43,347 nucleotides of DNA from Bacillota bacterium (GCA_021786555.1 JAJYNB010000108.1:1-43347); one strand, 5' to 3'. Shown: positions 1 through 8,798, counted from the first letter of the stretch. Notes: generated by a model from the letters alone, not told the origin. A program made the numbers and translations.

Positions 1-1
1 T

Positions 2-1084
2 CCGATCTTGCCCTATGAAAAGGAAGGCAGTATTAAGGGAACAGTTGTCAAGATTTACGAGGACCTGGATCAGCTGTCAGACGTTATGCAGCAGCTCAAC
101 CGCCTAAACATGCAGCTGAACTACTATAAGGATGAACTGCACAAGCTTAACGGCACCAGCTATACCATTGGCAATATTGTCTGTAACGACGACCGCTTGG
201 CAAAATTAAAAACCCAGGCCCTGCAAGTGGCGCGAAGCAACTCGACGGTGCTGATTACAGGTGAGAGCGGCACCGGCAAGGAATTGTTCGCCCATTCCAT
301 CCACAATGCTTCCCATCGGCGCAAGGAACCCTTCGTTAAGGTCAACTGCTCTGCTATACCGGCGGAGCTTGCCGAATCCGAACTTTTTGGCTATGATGAC
401 GGCGCATTCACCGGAGCGCGCAAGCAAGGCAAAGCCGGCAAATTTGAGCTGGCCAACGGGGGCACTATTTTCCTGGATGAAATCGGCGATATGCCCCTTG
501 CCTTACAAAGCAAACTGCTGCGGGTTATTCAGGAAAAGGAAATAGAAAGAGTAGGTAGTGTCAGGACCAGAAAGATTGACGTCAGAATCATCGCCGCTAC
601 CAACAAAGACTTAAAGCAGCTTGCTGTGGAAGGTAAGTTTAGAGAGGATCTGTATTTCAGATTAAACGTCATTGAGTTAAAGATTCCTCCCTTAAGGGAA
701 CGGAAGGAAGACATACCGGTCCTGGTGCAATCCTTCATCGGAAAATACAACAACCTGTTGTCAAAAAGGATTGCGGGCATCACAAGCGCCGCTTTGGAAG
801 CCCTGATGGAGTACCACTGGCCCGGTAATATCCGGGAGTTGGAAAACGTAATAGAACGGATTCTGAACTATCATGAGAGCGGTTATATCGATGTCCTGGA
901 TTTGCCTGAGGATACGAGATACGGGGAGAAAGCTGCTGTCAAAAAGGGCCGGAGCCTGGCGGCCATTGAGCGTGAAGCCATCCAACTGGCCTTAAACGAA
1001 GCCAAAGGAAACAAGTCTAAAGCGGCAAGACTCTTGGGGATAAGCAGATCGAAGCTATATGAAAAAATCTCCGAGTATCAGTAA
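2..1084 (+). CDS. sigma54-dependent transcriptional activator (enhancer-binding protein), 5'-truncated by the window edge
   Basis: AAA+ Walker A GESGTGKE. The sigma54-contact motif GAFTGA is encoded at nt 401-418. C-terminal Fis-type HTH ([19 protein letters not shown]). The frame is open to the window start, so the sensor domain is missing. Confidence 0.9.
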   Translation, partial: PILPYEKEGSIKGTVVKIYEDLDQLSDVMQQLNRLNMQLNYYKDELHKLNGTSYTIGNIVCNDDRLAKLKTQALQVARSNSTVLITGESGTGKELFAHSIHNASHRRKEPFVKVNCSAIPAELAESELFGYDDGAFTGARKQGKAGKFELANGGTIFLDEIGDMPLALQSKLLRVIQEKEIERVGSVRTRKIDVRIIAATNKDLKQLAVEGKFREDLYFRLNVIELKIPPLRERKEDIPVLVQSFIGKYNNLLSKRIAGITSAALEALMEYHWPGNIRELENVIERILNYHESGYIDVLDLPEDTRYGEKAAVKKGRSLAAIEREAIQLALNEAKGNKSKAARLLGISRSKLYEKISEYQ

Positions 1085-1136
1085 GGGTTTCAACGGGGGT
1101 TAGTGTCCAAGGTTGTCCTGATTGTGTCGATGTGAA

Positions 1137-1180
1137 ATGTCTGAAAAACATACAACTGTATGTTTTTCAGACATTTTTTC
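1137..1180 (+). terminator. Intrinsic terminator of the EBP gene; its arms are two inverted copies of the 17-mer TGTCTGAAAAACATACA
   Basis: Perfect inverted repeat atgtctgaaaaacata (1137-1152) / tatgtttttcagacat (1159-1174), followed by TTTTT. Confidence 0.7.
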
Positions 1181-1202
1181 CATACAAAGGGCACTTAATG
1201 AC

Positions 1203-1218
1203 TGGCATAGGAATTGCT
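1203..1218 (+). promoter_or_regulatory. sigma54 -24/-12 promoter candidate P1
   Basis: TGGCATaggaaTTGCT has the exact GG-N10-GC spacing of the TGGCAC-N5-TTGCW consensus. It lies downstream of an EBP gene and upstream of the Mo-enzyme operon. Confidence 0.7.
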
Positions 1219-1315
1219 TTATAAAAGGGTGCGGGGTTCAACTTGAACTCGCGAACTTCCCTGAAGGGGTTCCAATCAGCCCCCTTGCGAGATAGAAATT
1301 TATTTTTTGAACGAA

Positions 1316-1331
1316 GTCTGATTTTTCAGAC
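1316..1331 (+). promoter_or_regulatory. Compact dyad GTCTGA-TTTT-TCAGAC related to the 17-mer half-sites
   Basis: 6-bp perfect arms. Same GTCTGA/TCAGAC half-sites as the 1138-1173 palindrome. Sits 7 nt upstream of promoter candidate P1b. Confidence 0.35.
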
Positions 1332-1337
1332 CATGCC

Positions 1338-1353
1338 TGGTATATTTTTTGCT
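1338..1353 (+). promoter_or_regulatory. Second, weaker sigma54-like promoter candidate P1b
   Basis: TGGTATattttTTGCT has correct GG-N10-GC spacing but T instead of C at the fourth position. It is 197 nt upstream of the ATG at 1550, and the palindrome at 1138-1173 would sit about 165-200 nt upstream of it. Confidence 0.35.
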
Positions 1354-1549
1354 AGAAGTATTGGCTGCTGAGGAGGGATGTTAAAGAGGTTTTTGTTGAG
1401 GGAGCAAAATCTGGTGCGGTACCGTCCCAGGGCGCCTTGGGTATCCCCGTCTTGAGCCTGGAGAGCGCCTGTGGGGTCAAAAGCAGAATACAAATTTTTT
1501 GCAAAGGGGGAAAGTAACTGGGGTAACCGATAAACCCAGTGAAGAAATC

Positions 1550-3847
1550 ATGGAAGGTTACAGTGTTATAGGTAAAAGTGTTCCCAGGACAGATGCGTGG
1601 GACAAAGTAATAGGCAGGGCAGTGTACACCGAAGATATCAAACTGCCTAACATGCTTTACGGCAAGATACTGAGAAGTCCCCATGCGCATGCGCGCATCG
1701 TCAGCATCAATACCGAAAAGGCCGAGAAATTGCCCGGTGTCAAAATGGTGATGACCGGGAAGGACATCCTGCCGGTAAAGTATGGCATCGTGCCCTTTGC
1801 TCAGGACGAATACGGCCTGGCGATCGACAAAGTCCGCTACGTTGGAGATGATGTGGCCGCTGTGGCAGCAGTAGACGAAGCCACTGCTGCGGAAGCTTTG
1901 GAACTGATTGAAGTAGTGTACGAACCGCTGCCGGCAGTTTTCACCGTGGAAGATGCCATGAAAGACGGAGCTCCGGAGATCCACGAAGGCCCCAAAGTCA
2001 AGAACAACGTCAGCATCCAATACCGTAAGGAATTTGGCAGCATCGACAAAGGATTTGAAGAGTCCTTTCATATTCGGGAAGACGTTTTTAAGACCCATGG
2101 TCAGTACCATGCTCCGCTGGAACCCCATGCCGCGATTGCCATGTACGAGCCAAGCGGCAAACTCACCCTCTGGTCAAGCACCCAGATCCCCTTTTTCTTG
2201 AGGCACAACCTGGCCAGCACGCTGGGCATAACCGAAGACAGGGTGCGGGTTATCAAGCCGGTTGTGGGCGGCGGTTTCGGTGTGAAGATTGACATGTTCT
2301 CCAAAGACTTTTGTGCCGCTTTTATGTCCATGAAAACGGGCAGACCGGTTAAGATGGTCTATGACAGGGAAGAAGCGCTGACCTGCGTGCGCGGCAGACA
2401 TCCATCCATCGTCAAAGTGCGCACAGGGGTAGCTAAAGACGGCAGAATCATTTCCCAGTACATCGATTTGACCGTGGACGGCGGGGCCTATAACAGTACC
2501 GCTCCCCTGATTATCACCTTGTCAGGCTACTTCGCCATGATTCCTTACAACATTCCAAACCTGGTACTGGACGCCAAACACGTCTACACCAATAAATACG
2601 CTAATGGTGCTATGCGGGGCCACGGCGCTCCCCAGATGCGCTTCGCGGTGGAATCACAAATGGACATTCTGGCCGCGGATCTGGGTATGGACGCGCTGGA
2701 AATCCGCCGCATCAATGCGCTGGAAGCCGGCTGTGACCACCCGGCAAAGATGATTCTGCGCAGCTGCGGCTTCAAAGAGAGCTTAGACTTGGCTGCTAAT
2801 GCCATCGGCTGGAAAGAGAAACGCGGCAAGGGCAATTTCCGGGGTGTAGGCCTGGGTGGTTCCGGTTGGGCTTCCGGAGTAAATAACATGAGCCACATCG
2901 GCGGCGGCGCCGTGGTAAAACTCGAAAAGACCGGCGGCGTAACAGTGCTGACAGGAGCTGCGGACATTGGGCAGGGAGCGGAAAGCGTCATCGCCCAAAT
3001 CGTGGCGGAAGAACTCGGCGTATCCTTCGCGAAAGTAAGGGTCATCGCTGCGGATACCGACGTCTGCCCGCTGGACTCCGGCACCTTTGGCAGCGGCGTT
3101 ACGGTGCGTTCGGGCAAAGCGGCACAGCTGGCGGCCAGGGATATCAAGAAGCAAATCTTAACCGTGGTTGCCAAAAACATTGGAGGCGATCCTGAACATC
3201 TGACCATCAAAGACGACTATATCTGGCAAAACGGCCAGAAGAAGATGGACATCAACAAAGCTGTCAAACTGGTGCAGTATGCGGATATCCAAGTGCCGAT
3301 GATCGGGCGTGGCTATTATCAGCTGCCTGCCAAAGAGCCTACTACCCTCTTGAGGGATAACGGCGACATCTCAGGCTCCTATAGCTTTGGTACCCAGGCT
3401 GCGGAAGTGGAAGTGGACCCCAAATCCGGCCGGGTTAAGATCATCAAGATTGTGACTGCGGATGATGCCGGCAGGGCACTAAACCCGGATCAGGTGGAGG
3501 GCCAGGTCGAAGGAGCGGTAATGACGGGCTTGGGTCATACCTTGTTCGAAGATCCCGACTTCGACATGACCAACGGCCAGGCGCGCAGCACCTCTTTTAC
3601 GGATTACAAACTTCCCACCGCGCTTGACGCCCCTGACCAAGAAGTTATTCACATCGAGACTGACGATCCCGTAGGGCCTTTTGGCGCCAAGGAATGCGGC
3701 GAAGGCGCAACCATCTACACCGCGCCCGCCATCGTAAACGCAATTACAGACGCTATAGGCGTGAGAATCAATGATTTGCCGATTACTCCTGAAAAGATTC
3801 TGCGGGCTCTGGAAGAAAAAAACAATAAAGGGAGGAAGGAAGCATGA
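1550..3847 (+). CDS. Molybdopterin-binding large subunit, xanthine dehydrogenase family (4-hydroxybenzoyl-CoA reductase alpha-like)
   Basis: The N-terminus IGKSVPRTDAWDKVIGRAVYTEDI is typical of the family, and the 765 aa length fits. Start moved to the ATG at 1550 (MEGYSVIGKS); the ORF track start at 1499 is a TTG extension. Followed by FAD and 2Fe-2S subunit genes. Confidence 0.85.
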   Translation: MEGYSVIGKSVPRTDAWDKVIGRAVYTEDIKLPNMLYGKILRSPHAHARIVSINTEKAEKLPGVKMVMTGKDILPVKYGIVPFAQDEYGLAIDKVRYVGDDVAAVAAVDEATAAEALELIEVVYEPLPAVFTVEDAMKDGAPEIHEGPKVKNNVSIQYRKEFGSIDKGFEESFHIREDVFKTHGQYHAPLEPHAAIAMYEPSGKLTLWSSTQIPFFLRHNLASTLGITEDRVRVIKPVVGGGFGVKIDMFSKDFCAAFMSMKTGRPVKMVYDREEALTCVRGRHPSIVKVRTGVAKDGRIISQYIDLTVDGGAYNSTAPLIITLSGYFAMIPYNIPNLVLDAKHVYTNKYANGAMRGHGAPQMRFAVESQMDILAADLGMDALEIRRINALEAGCDHPAKMILRSCGFKESLDLAANAIGWKEKRGKGNFRGVGLGGSGWASGVNNMSHIGGGAVVKLEKTGGVTVLTGAADIGQGAESVIAQIVAEELGVSFAKVRVIAADTDVCPLDSGTFGSGVTVRSGKAAQLAARDIKKQILTVVAKNIGGDPEHLTIKDDYIWQNGQKKMDINKAVKLVQYADIQVPMIGRGYYQLPAKEPTTLLRDNGDISGSYSFGTQAAEVEVDPKSGRVKIIKIVTADDAGRALNPDQVEGQVEGAVMTGLGHTLFEDPDFDMTNGQARSTSFTDYKLPTALDAPDQEVIHIETDDPVGPFGAKECGEGATIYTAPAIVNAITDAIGVRINDLPITPEKILRALEEKNNKGRKEA

Positions 3848-4851
3848 CGCTGCCGGCTTTTGAATACCACCGTCCCAGCACTTTGAGTGAAGGCTTAAAA
3901 CTACTAAAGAATAACGCAGGTAAAACTCGACCCCTGGCCGGCGGAACCGACCTCTTGAACAACATGAAAGTTGGCTTGAACCCGGCGGAAGTTCTGGTAG
4001 ACCTTACTGGCATTGAGAGCCTATCGTCTATCGAATGCGCTGTAAACCAGCCTGTGAAGGTGGGCGCTGCGGCCACTATCTGGGATTTGGTGCAGCGCGC
4101 TGAAGTGAAAGAGAACCTTACCGCCCTTTATCAAGCGGGCTGCGGGGTGGGAGCTATCCAACTGCAGCAAATGGGTACCGTAGGCGGCAACCTCTGCCAG
4201 GACACCCGCTGTTGGTTTTATAACCAAACCAAGCACTGGCGCAGAGCGCGTCCATTATGCTACAAAACCGGCGGGGACCAATGCCTAGCGATGAAGAAGT
4301 CCGAAAGATGCCACGCTGCTTTTTGCAGTGATGTGGCGCCCGCTCTCATCGCTTACGATGCCACCGTCAAGCTGTCTTCGGCAGATGGTGAACGTGAAAT
4401 CTCACTGGCGGATTTTTACACCCGCGATGGCAAAACGTACAACGTTTTGCAAGCGGGAGAAATCCTCAGCGAAATAACGGTCCCAGCCGGCGCTTGGCAG
4501 ACGAAGAGCGCCTATGTTAAGCTGCGTTCCCGCAAGAGTATTGATTTTCCCCAGGCAGGCGTGGCTATTGCAGTGACAGAAGAAGGCGGCAAGTTGACCG
4601 GGGGCAAGCTGGTGCTTACCGCTCTGGGCAGCGGGCCCATGGACATCAAGGGGGCGGGCAACTTGTTTAAGGGGCTCAGCGTAGACAGCCTGGATGTGGA
4701 GAAGATCTCCTCCCTGGCCCGGGAGTGCGCGGCGGCAGCTGCCAACGATGTCCTGCCTGTGGCTAACATGACCTGGCGGCCTGCCTACCGGCGCAGGATG
4801 GTTGAAATCCTCATCGAGGAAAGTCTGAAAAAGATATTTATCAACAAGTAG
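3844..4851 (+). CDS. FAD-binding medium subunit with extra 4-Cys insertion loop (4-hydroxybenzoyl-CoA reductase beta-like)
   Basis: CODH/XDH FAD-binding fold (PLAGGTDL). Insertion CQDTRCWFYNQTKHWRRARPLCYKTGGDQCLAMKKSERCHAAFC. The ATGA overlap with the upstream stop indicates translational coupling. Confidence 0.85.
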   Translation: MTLPAFEYHRPSTLSEGLKLLKNNAGKTRPLAGGTDLLNNMKVGLNPAEVLVDLTGIESLSSIECAVNQPVKVGAAATIWDLVQRAEVKENLTALYQAGCGVGAIQLQQMGTVGGNLCQDTRCWFYNQTKHWRRARPLCYKTGGDQCLAMKKSERCHAAFCSDVAPALIAYDATVKLSSADGEREISLADFYTRDGKTYNVLQAGEILSEITVPAGAWQTKSAYVKLRSRKSIDFPQAGVAIAVTEEGGKLTGGKLVLTALGSGPMDIKGAGNLFKGLSVDSLDVEKISSLARECAAAAANDVLPVANMTWRPAYRRRMVEILIEESLKKIFINK

Positions 4852-4874
4852 CTAAACGAAAAAGGGGTGATATC

Positions 4875-5345
4875 ATGGCCACTAAACAAATAATAGTTTT
4901 AAATGTGAACGGCGACGATCACGAAATACTGGTTAAACCGCAGCAGACTCTGTTAGAGGTTCTGCGCGAGACGTTAGGATTTACCGGGACAAAACAGGGC
5001 TGTAACGAAGGTAGCTGCGGCGCCTGCACTGTACTCGTAAACAACAAGCCCACCCTTGCCTGCTCAACCCTTGCCGTGGCTGCTGTGGGTAAAGAGATAA
5101 TGACTATTGAAGGGTTGGCAGGGCAAGACGGGACTCTTCACCCAATCCAGAAATCTTTCGTGGAAAACGGCGCCATTCAATGCGGGTTCTGCACCCCAGG
5201 TATGGTGATGTCAACCAAAAGCTTGCTGGACAGAAATCCAAACCCCAGTGAAGAGGAAATCAAGGAGGGCCTCTCAGGCAACCTCTGCCGCTGCACCGGC
5301 TATGCCAAGATAATTAAGGCTGTCAAAGCCGTTGCAGCTGGGTAA
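4875..5345 (+). CDS. [2Fe-2S] small subunit of the molybdenum enzyme
   Basis: Plant-type motif CNEGSCGACTV plus second-cluster motif CGFCTPG...CRCTGY. 156 aa. RBS AAAGGGG upstream. Confidence 0.9.
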   Translation: MATKQIIVLNVNGDDHEILVKPQQTLLEVLRETLGFTGTKQGCNEGSCGACTVLVNNKPTLACSTLAVAAVGKEIMTIEGLAGQDGTLHPIQKSFVENGAIQCGFCTPGMVMSTKSLLDRNPNPSEEEIKEGLSGNLCRCTGYAKIIKAVKAVAAG

Positions 5346-5395
5346 ACGCCGGTTATAGAGCAAAAGTTAATAATTCACTGCCCGTTAATTGCTTT

Positions 5396-5450
5396 AAAAA
5401 ACAAGCAGTAATACCCATTGTGTAAATGCTATTTGCTGCTTGTTTTTCTT
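5396..5450 (+). terminator. Probable intrinsic terminator after the Mo-enzyme operon
   Basis: aaaaacaagcag (to 5408) pairs with ctgcttgttttt (5436-5447). The loop is long (27 nt) and a T-run follows. Confidence 0.5.
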
Positions 5451-5539
5451 TACCTCAAAACGTTAAGCAGACCTTCTTTTGCAGCCATTTGGACAATAAT
5501 GGTAAGAGCCAAAGGTGTACTGTCGTAGAACCAAACATT

Positions 5540-5556
5540 TGTCGGAAAAACAGACA
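5540..5556 (+). promoter_or_regulatory. 17-mer TGTCGGAAAAACAGACA, candidate activator/operator site
   Basis: 15/17 identical to TGTCTGAAAAACATACA at 1138-1154. Internal dyad TGTC-N9-GACA. Ends 31 nt upstream of P2. Confidence 0.45.
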
Positions 5557-5586
5557 CATTTTGGCCGTTTTGCCTACAAATTGACA

Positions 5587-5602
5587 TGGCATGGTATTTG
5601 CT
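5587..5602 (+). promoter_or_regulatory. sigma54 -24/-12 promoter candidate P2
   Basis: TGGCATggtatTTGCT, about 75 nt upstream of the ATG at 5676. Confidence 0.7.
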
Positions 5603-5675
5603 TCAATAATTCTCACAAGTTGAACCCTGATAGCAGGAAGCACTTACAGTAATGCTTAGCGGGAGGGACTGTGAT

Positions 5676-6428
5676 ATGAAATTTAAGGGGAAAGTTTGTA
5701 TTGTTACCGGGGCCTATGCCTGCATAGGCCGCGGCATCGCCTTGGGGTTGGCAAAGCAAGGAGCCAAGGTGGTCGTGGTTGATATCGACAGCGATAATGC
5801 CACAAGCGTTGCCAAAGAGATCGAAGAGCTTGGCACCAGCGCTATGGCCGCCCCGGCAGATATTACCAACAGTACGCAGATCAACGAAATCATCTCTAAG
5901 GCGATAGAGAAGTTTGGCAAAATAGATGTACTGGTGAATAATGTCGGGTGGAATAAGGTACAGCCCTTTGTGAACGGAAATGAAGAGTTTTGGGATAAGG
6001 TTCTAGGTATCAATCTAAAGGGTCCCATCATTTGCTGCCGGGCGGTAATTGACTCCATGATGCAGCAAAATTACGGCAAGATTGTAAACATTGCTTCCGA
6101 TTCAGGCCGCGTGGGTTCTACCGGAGAGGCAGTCTATTCAGCTGCCAAGGGCGGGGTAATCTCCTTTACCAAAACCCTGGCCAGAGAAATGGCCCGCTAC
6201 AAAATCAATGTGAACTGCATTTCACCGGGGCCCAGTGATACACCGTTTTTTGCCGCAGTTTCCGCAGACAATCCCAAGTTGATGGAAGCAGTGAAAAAGG
6301 CTATACCTTGGCGGCGTTTGGGAGAACCGGAAGACATTGCCAATGCGGTCTTGTTCCTGGCCTCGGACGATGCTGATTATATTACAGGCCAGACCTTAAG
6401 CGTCAGCGGCGGCCTTACCATGATGTAA
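5676..6428 (+). CDS. Short-chain dehydrogenase/reductase, 2-hydroxycyclohexanecarboxyl-CoA dehydrogenase (BadH)-like
   Basis: TGAxxxIG Rossmann motif and YSAAK catalytic motif. The stretches IVNIASDSGRVGSTGEAVYSAAKGG and GQTLSVSGGLTMM resemble BadH as I recall it. Start at the ATG at 5676 follows RBS GGGAGGGA. Confidence 0.7.
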   Translation: MKFKGKVCIVTGAYACIGRGIALGLAKQGAKVVVVDIDSDNATSVAKEIEELGTSAMAAPADITNSTQINEIISKAIEKFGKIDVLVNNVGWNKVQPFVNGNEEFWDKVLGINLKGPIICCRAVIDSMMQQNYGKIVNIASDSGRVGSTGEAVYSAAKGGVISFTKTLAREMARYKINVNCISPGPSDTPFFAAVSADNPKLMEAVKKAIPWRRLGEPEDIANAVLFLASDDADYITGQTLSVSGGLTMM

Positions 6429-6459
6429 ACCGGTAAGAAATTTGAGGAGGTTTTACGAT

Positions 6460-7245
6460 ATGAACTACCACGACATCATCTTTGAAAAAAAAGAGGGAGT
6501 TGCCTGGATTACCATCAACCGGCCCCAGGTTTTAAATGTCCTGCGCTTTGAAACTGTGGCCGAAATGACTGCCGCCTTTGAAGACGCTGAAAACGACCCC
6601 ACTGTCGGGGTAGCAGTACTGACTGGCGCAGGGGATAAAGCTTTCTGTGTCGGCGGTGATATCGCGGTCATGAGCGCCTTGAATCATCAGACCGGCCAGC
6701 AGTGGAATAACGCCCTGATGAAGCTCTCCAGCATGATGCGCAACCTGAGCAAGCCCATAATTGCTGCCGTTAACGGTTTTTGTATCGGCGGTGGGAACGA
6801 GCTGAACGTGTTTTGCGACCTGACTATTGCTTCCGCTAAGGCTAAATTCGGCCAAGCCGGGCCAAAGGTGGGGGCTTGCCCGGTGTGGGGCGCCACTCAG
6901 ATGCTGCCCCGGATCATGGGTGAGAAAAAAGCCAGGGAAATGATTTACATGTGTAATCAGTATACGGCGGAAGAAGCCAGGGAGATGGGCTTGGTGAACA
7001 AGGTGGTCCCCCATGATGAGCTTTATTCCGAAGTGCAGAAGTGGTGCGACCAGCTGTTGGATATGAGTCCGCAGTCGCTGAGACTGGCGAAACTTTCCCT
7101 CAATTTCGAATCCGACATGATGTACCCGTCCCTGATGCACGGCTCTGCCTTACTTAGCTATGTTTGGGGTTCCGAGCAGACCACAGAAGGTTTTGCGGCC
7201 TTCAAAGAAAAGAGGAAGCCGGACTTCCGCTCCTTTAGAAAATAA
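6460..7245 (+). CDS. Crotonase-superfamily MenB/BadI-like enzyme (candidate 2-ketocyclohexanecarboxyl-CoA hydrolase type)
   Basis: MenB/BadI hallmark FGQAGPKVG, GAGDKAFCVGGD, and C-terminal FKEKRKPDFRSF. Start at the ATG at 6460 follows RBS GAGGAGG. Confidence 0.7.
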   Translation: MNYHDIIFEKKEGVAWITINRPQVLNVLRFETVAEMTAAFEDAENDPTVGVAVLTGAGDKAFCVGGDIAVMSALNHQTGQQWNNALMKLSSMMRNLSKPIIAAVNGFCIGGGNELNVFCDLTIASAKAKFGQAGPKVGACPVWGATQMLPRIMGEKKAREMIYMCNQYTAEEAREMGLVNKVVPHDELYSEVQKWCDQLLDMSPQSLRLAKLSLNFESDMMYPSLMHGSALLSYVWGSEQTTEGFAAFKEKRKPDFRSFRK

Positions 7246-7275
7246 GGCCTGGCCGCAAAGAGGGGGTTTACAAGT

Positions 7276-8703
7276 ATGAAAACATCCGCTGACTACCGTC
7301 AGCGAATCAAAGCGATGCGGCCTAACGTGTATATGGGCGGCAAGGTGGTAGGCCGGGACCATCCGGATTTTGCACCGGGCATCAACACTTTGGCCTTGAC
7401 CTATGACCTGGTTGACTCACCCGAATACGCTGACCTGTTAACGGCCAAGTCCCATCTCACAGGCGAGAAAATAAACCGCTTTACCCATATACACCAGTCG
7501 GCCGATGATTTGCTGAAAAAACAGGAGCTAACCCGCCATTTGTGTTTGAAGTGCGGCCGCTGCATTCAACGCTGCATGGGAATAGACGCCATGAACGCCC
7601 TGTCGGTGGTGACCAAAGACACCGACGTGGCGAAAGGCACGGAATACCACCGGCGTTTCCTGGAGTATCTTAGATTCTTTCAGGAAAATGATTTGGTAGG
7701 AAACGCTGCCCAGACCGACGTGAAAGGGGACCGCAGTTTACGGCCCCATCAACAAGCTGATCCGGACCTCTACCTCAGGGTGGTACAGAGGAGACAGGAC
7801 GGCATCGTGGTGCGAGGGGCCAAGGCCCATAATTCCATTGCGGCTTACGCCGACGAATTACTGGTTATCCCTACCAGGGCCATGACCAAGGAAGAAGGGG
7901 ACTGGGCTGTAGCCTTTGCGATTCAGGCTGACGTCCCCGGAGTTAAACTGATCAGCCTGCCCCACATCCACCGCAAGCGTAAAGAACTCAAGGCTCCCAT
8001 CGAGGACTACGGCACTATGCATGCCTTTACAGTGTTTGATGACGTCTTTGTTCCCTGGGAGCGGGTGTTTATGGACGGTGAGACCGAATTTGCCGGCCAA
8101 CTTGCATCCCTGTTTGCCACCTTCCACCGCCACAGCTATACTGGGTGCAAGCCCGCCATGTCCGACATCTTTCTGGGCGCTGCCGCTCTGGTGGCCGAGT
8201 ATAACGGAGTAGGCAAAGCCTCCCACGTACGGGACAAACTGGCCGACCTGATTGCGGTTGGAGAGCTGGTATACGGCGCAGGAATAGCCGCCTCAGTCAA
8301 GGGGACACGCTCCGCTTCCGGTACTTATATGCCTGATGTTGTGTTCACCAACGTCGGCCGCTATCACGCCGGGGTCAACATCTATCACGAATTTGAAACC
8401 CTGGCGGATGTGGCCGGGGGCCTGGCGGCTACTCTGCCTCTGGAAGAAGATTTTAACAACCCCGAGACCAGGGAACTGCTGGAAAAATACATCATGCGCA
8501 AGGCCGACGTCCCGGCAGAATACCAGCACCGCTTGTACCGTCTGATAGAAAATCTCATAGCCTCCTCCACCGGCGCTGCCACTGGGATCAGCGGTATCCA
8601 CGGCGGAGGTTCCCCTGTGATGGAGAAGATTGCCATCATGGGCAAATATGACCTCGAAGCACGCAAACGGGTCATCAAATACCTGGCCGGCATACCGGAG
8701 TAG
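7276..8703 (+). CDS. 4-hydroxybutyryl-CoA dehydratase / vinylacetyl-CoA isomerase family (AbfD-like) Fe-S flavoenzyme
   Basis: CIQRC (Cys96/Cys100) and FHRHSYTGC (His284/Cys291) match the spacing of the AbfD cluster ligands C99, C103, H292, C299 as I recall them. 475 aa. Confidence 0.75.
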   Translation: MKTSADYRQRIKAMRPNVYMGGKVVGRDHPDFAPGINTLALTYDLVDSPEYADLLTAKSHLTGEKINRFTHIHQSADDLLKKQELTRHLCLKCGRCIQRCMGIDAMNALSVVTKDTDVAKGTEYHRRFLEYLRFFQENDLVGNAAQTDVKGDRSLRPHQQADPDLYLRVVQRRQDGIVVRGAKAHNSIAAYADELLVIPTRAMTKEEGDWAVAFAIQADVPGVKLISLPHIHRKRKELKAPIEDYGTMHAFTVFDDVFVPWERVFMDGETEFAGQLASLFATFHRHSYTGCKPAMSDIFLGAAALVAEYNGVGKASHVRDKLADLIAVGELVYGAGIAASVKGTRSASGTYMPDVVFTNVGRYHAGVNIYHEFETLADVAGGLAATLPLEEDFNNPETRELLEKYIMRKADVPAEYQHRLYRLIENLIASSTGAATGISGIHGGGSPVMEKIAIMGKYDLEARKRVIKYLAGIPE

Positions 8704-8798
8704 TAACAGAGAGTAAGACAGCTGGTAAGAGGCAGCAAGTCCGTCCAGGAATAGTATTCAGAAAATTCATATTAGTCAATCTAAAGGAGGGGTCATCC

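Noticed and set aside
1378-1455. 25-codon upstream ORF in the Mo-operon leader
   Set aside because: The AGGAGG lies only 1 nt from the ATG, too close for initiation, and there is no other support.
1352-2128. 258-aa minus-strand ORF overlapping the Mo large-subunit start and the leader
   Set aside because: It is antisense to a conserved XDH-family N-terminus, has no recognisable motifs, and would conflict with the P1b region. The same reasoning applies to the minus ORFs at 2584-3210, 6532-7140, 33125-33634 and 42571-43104.
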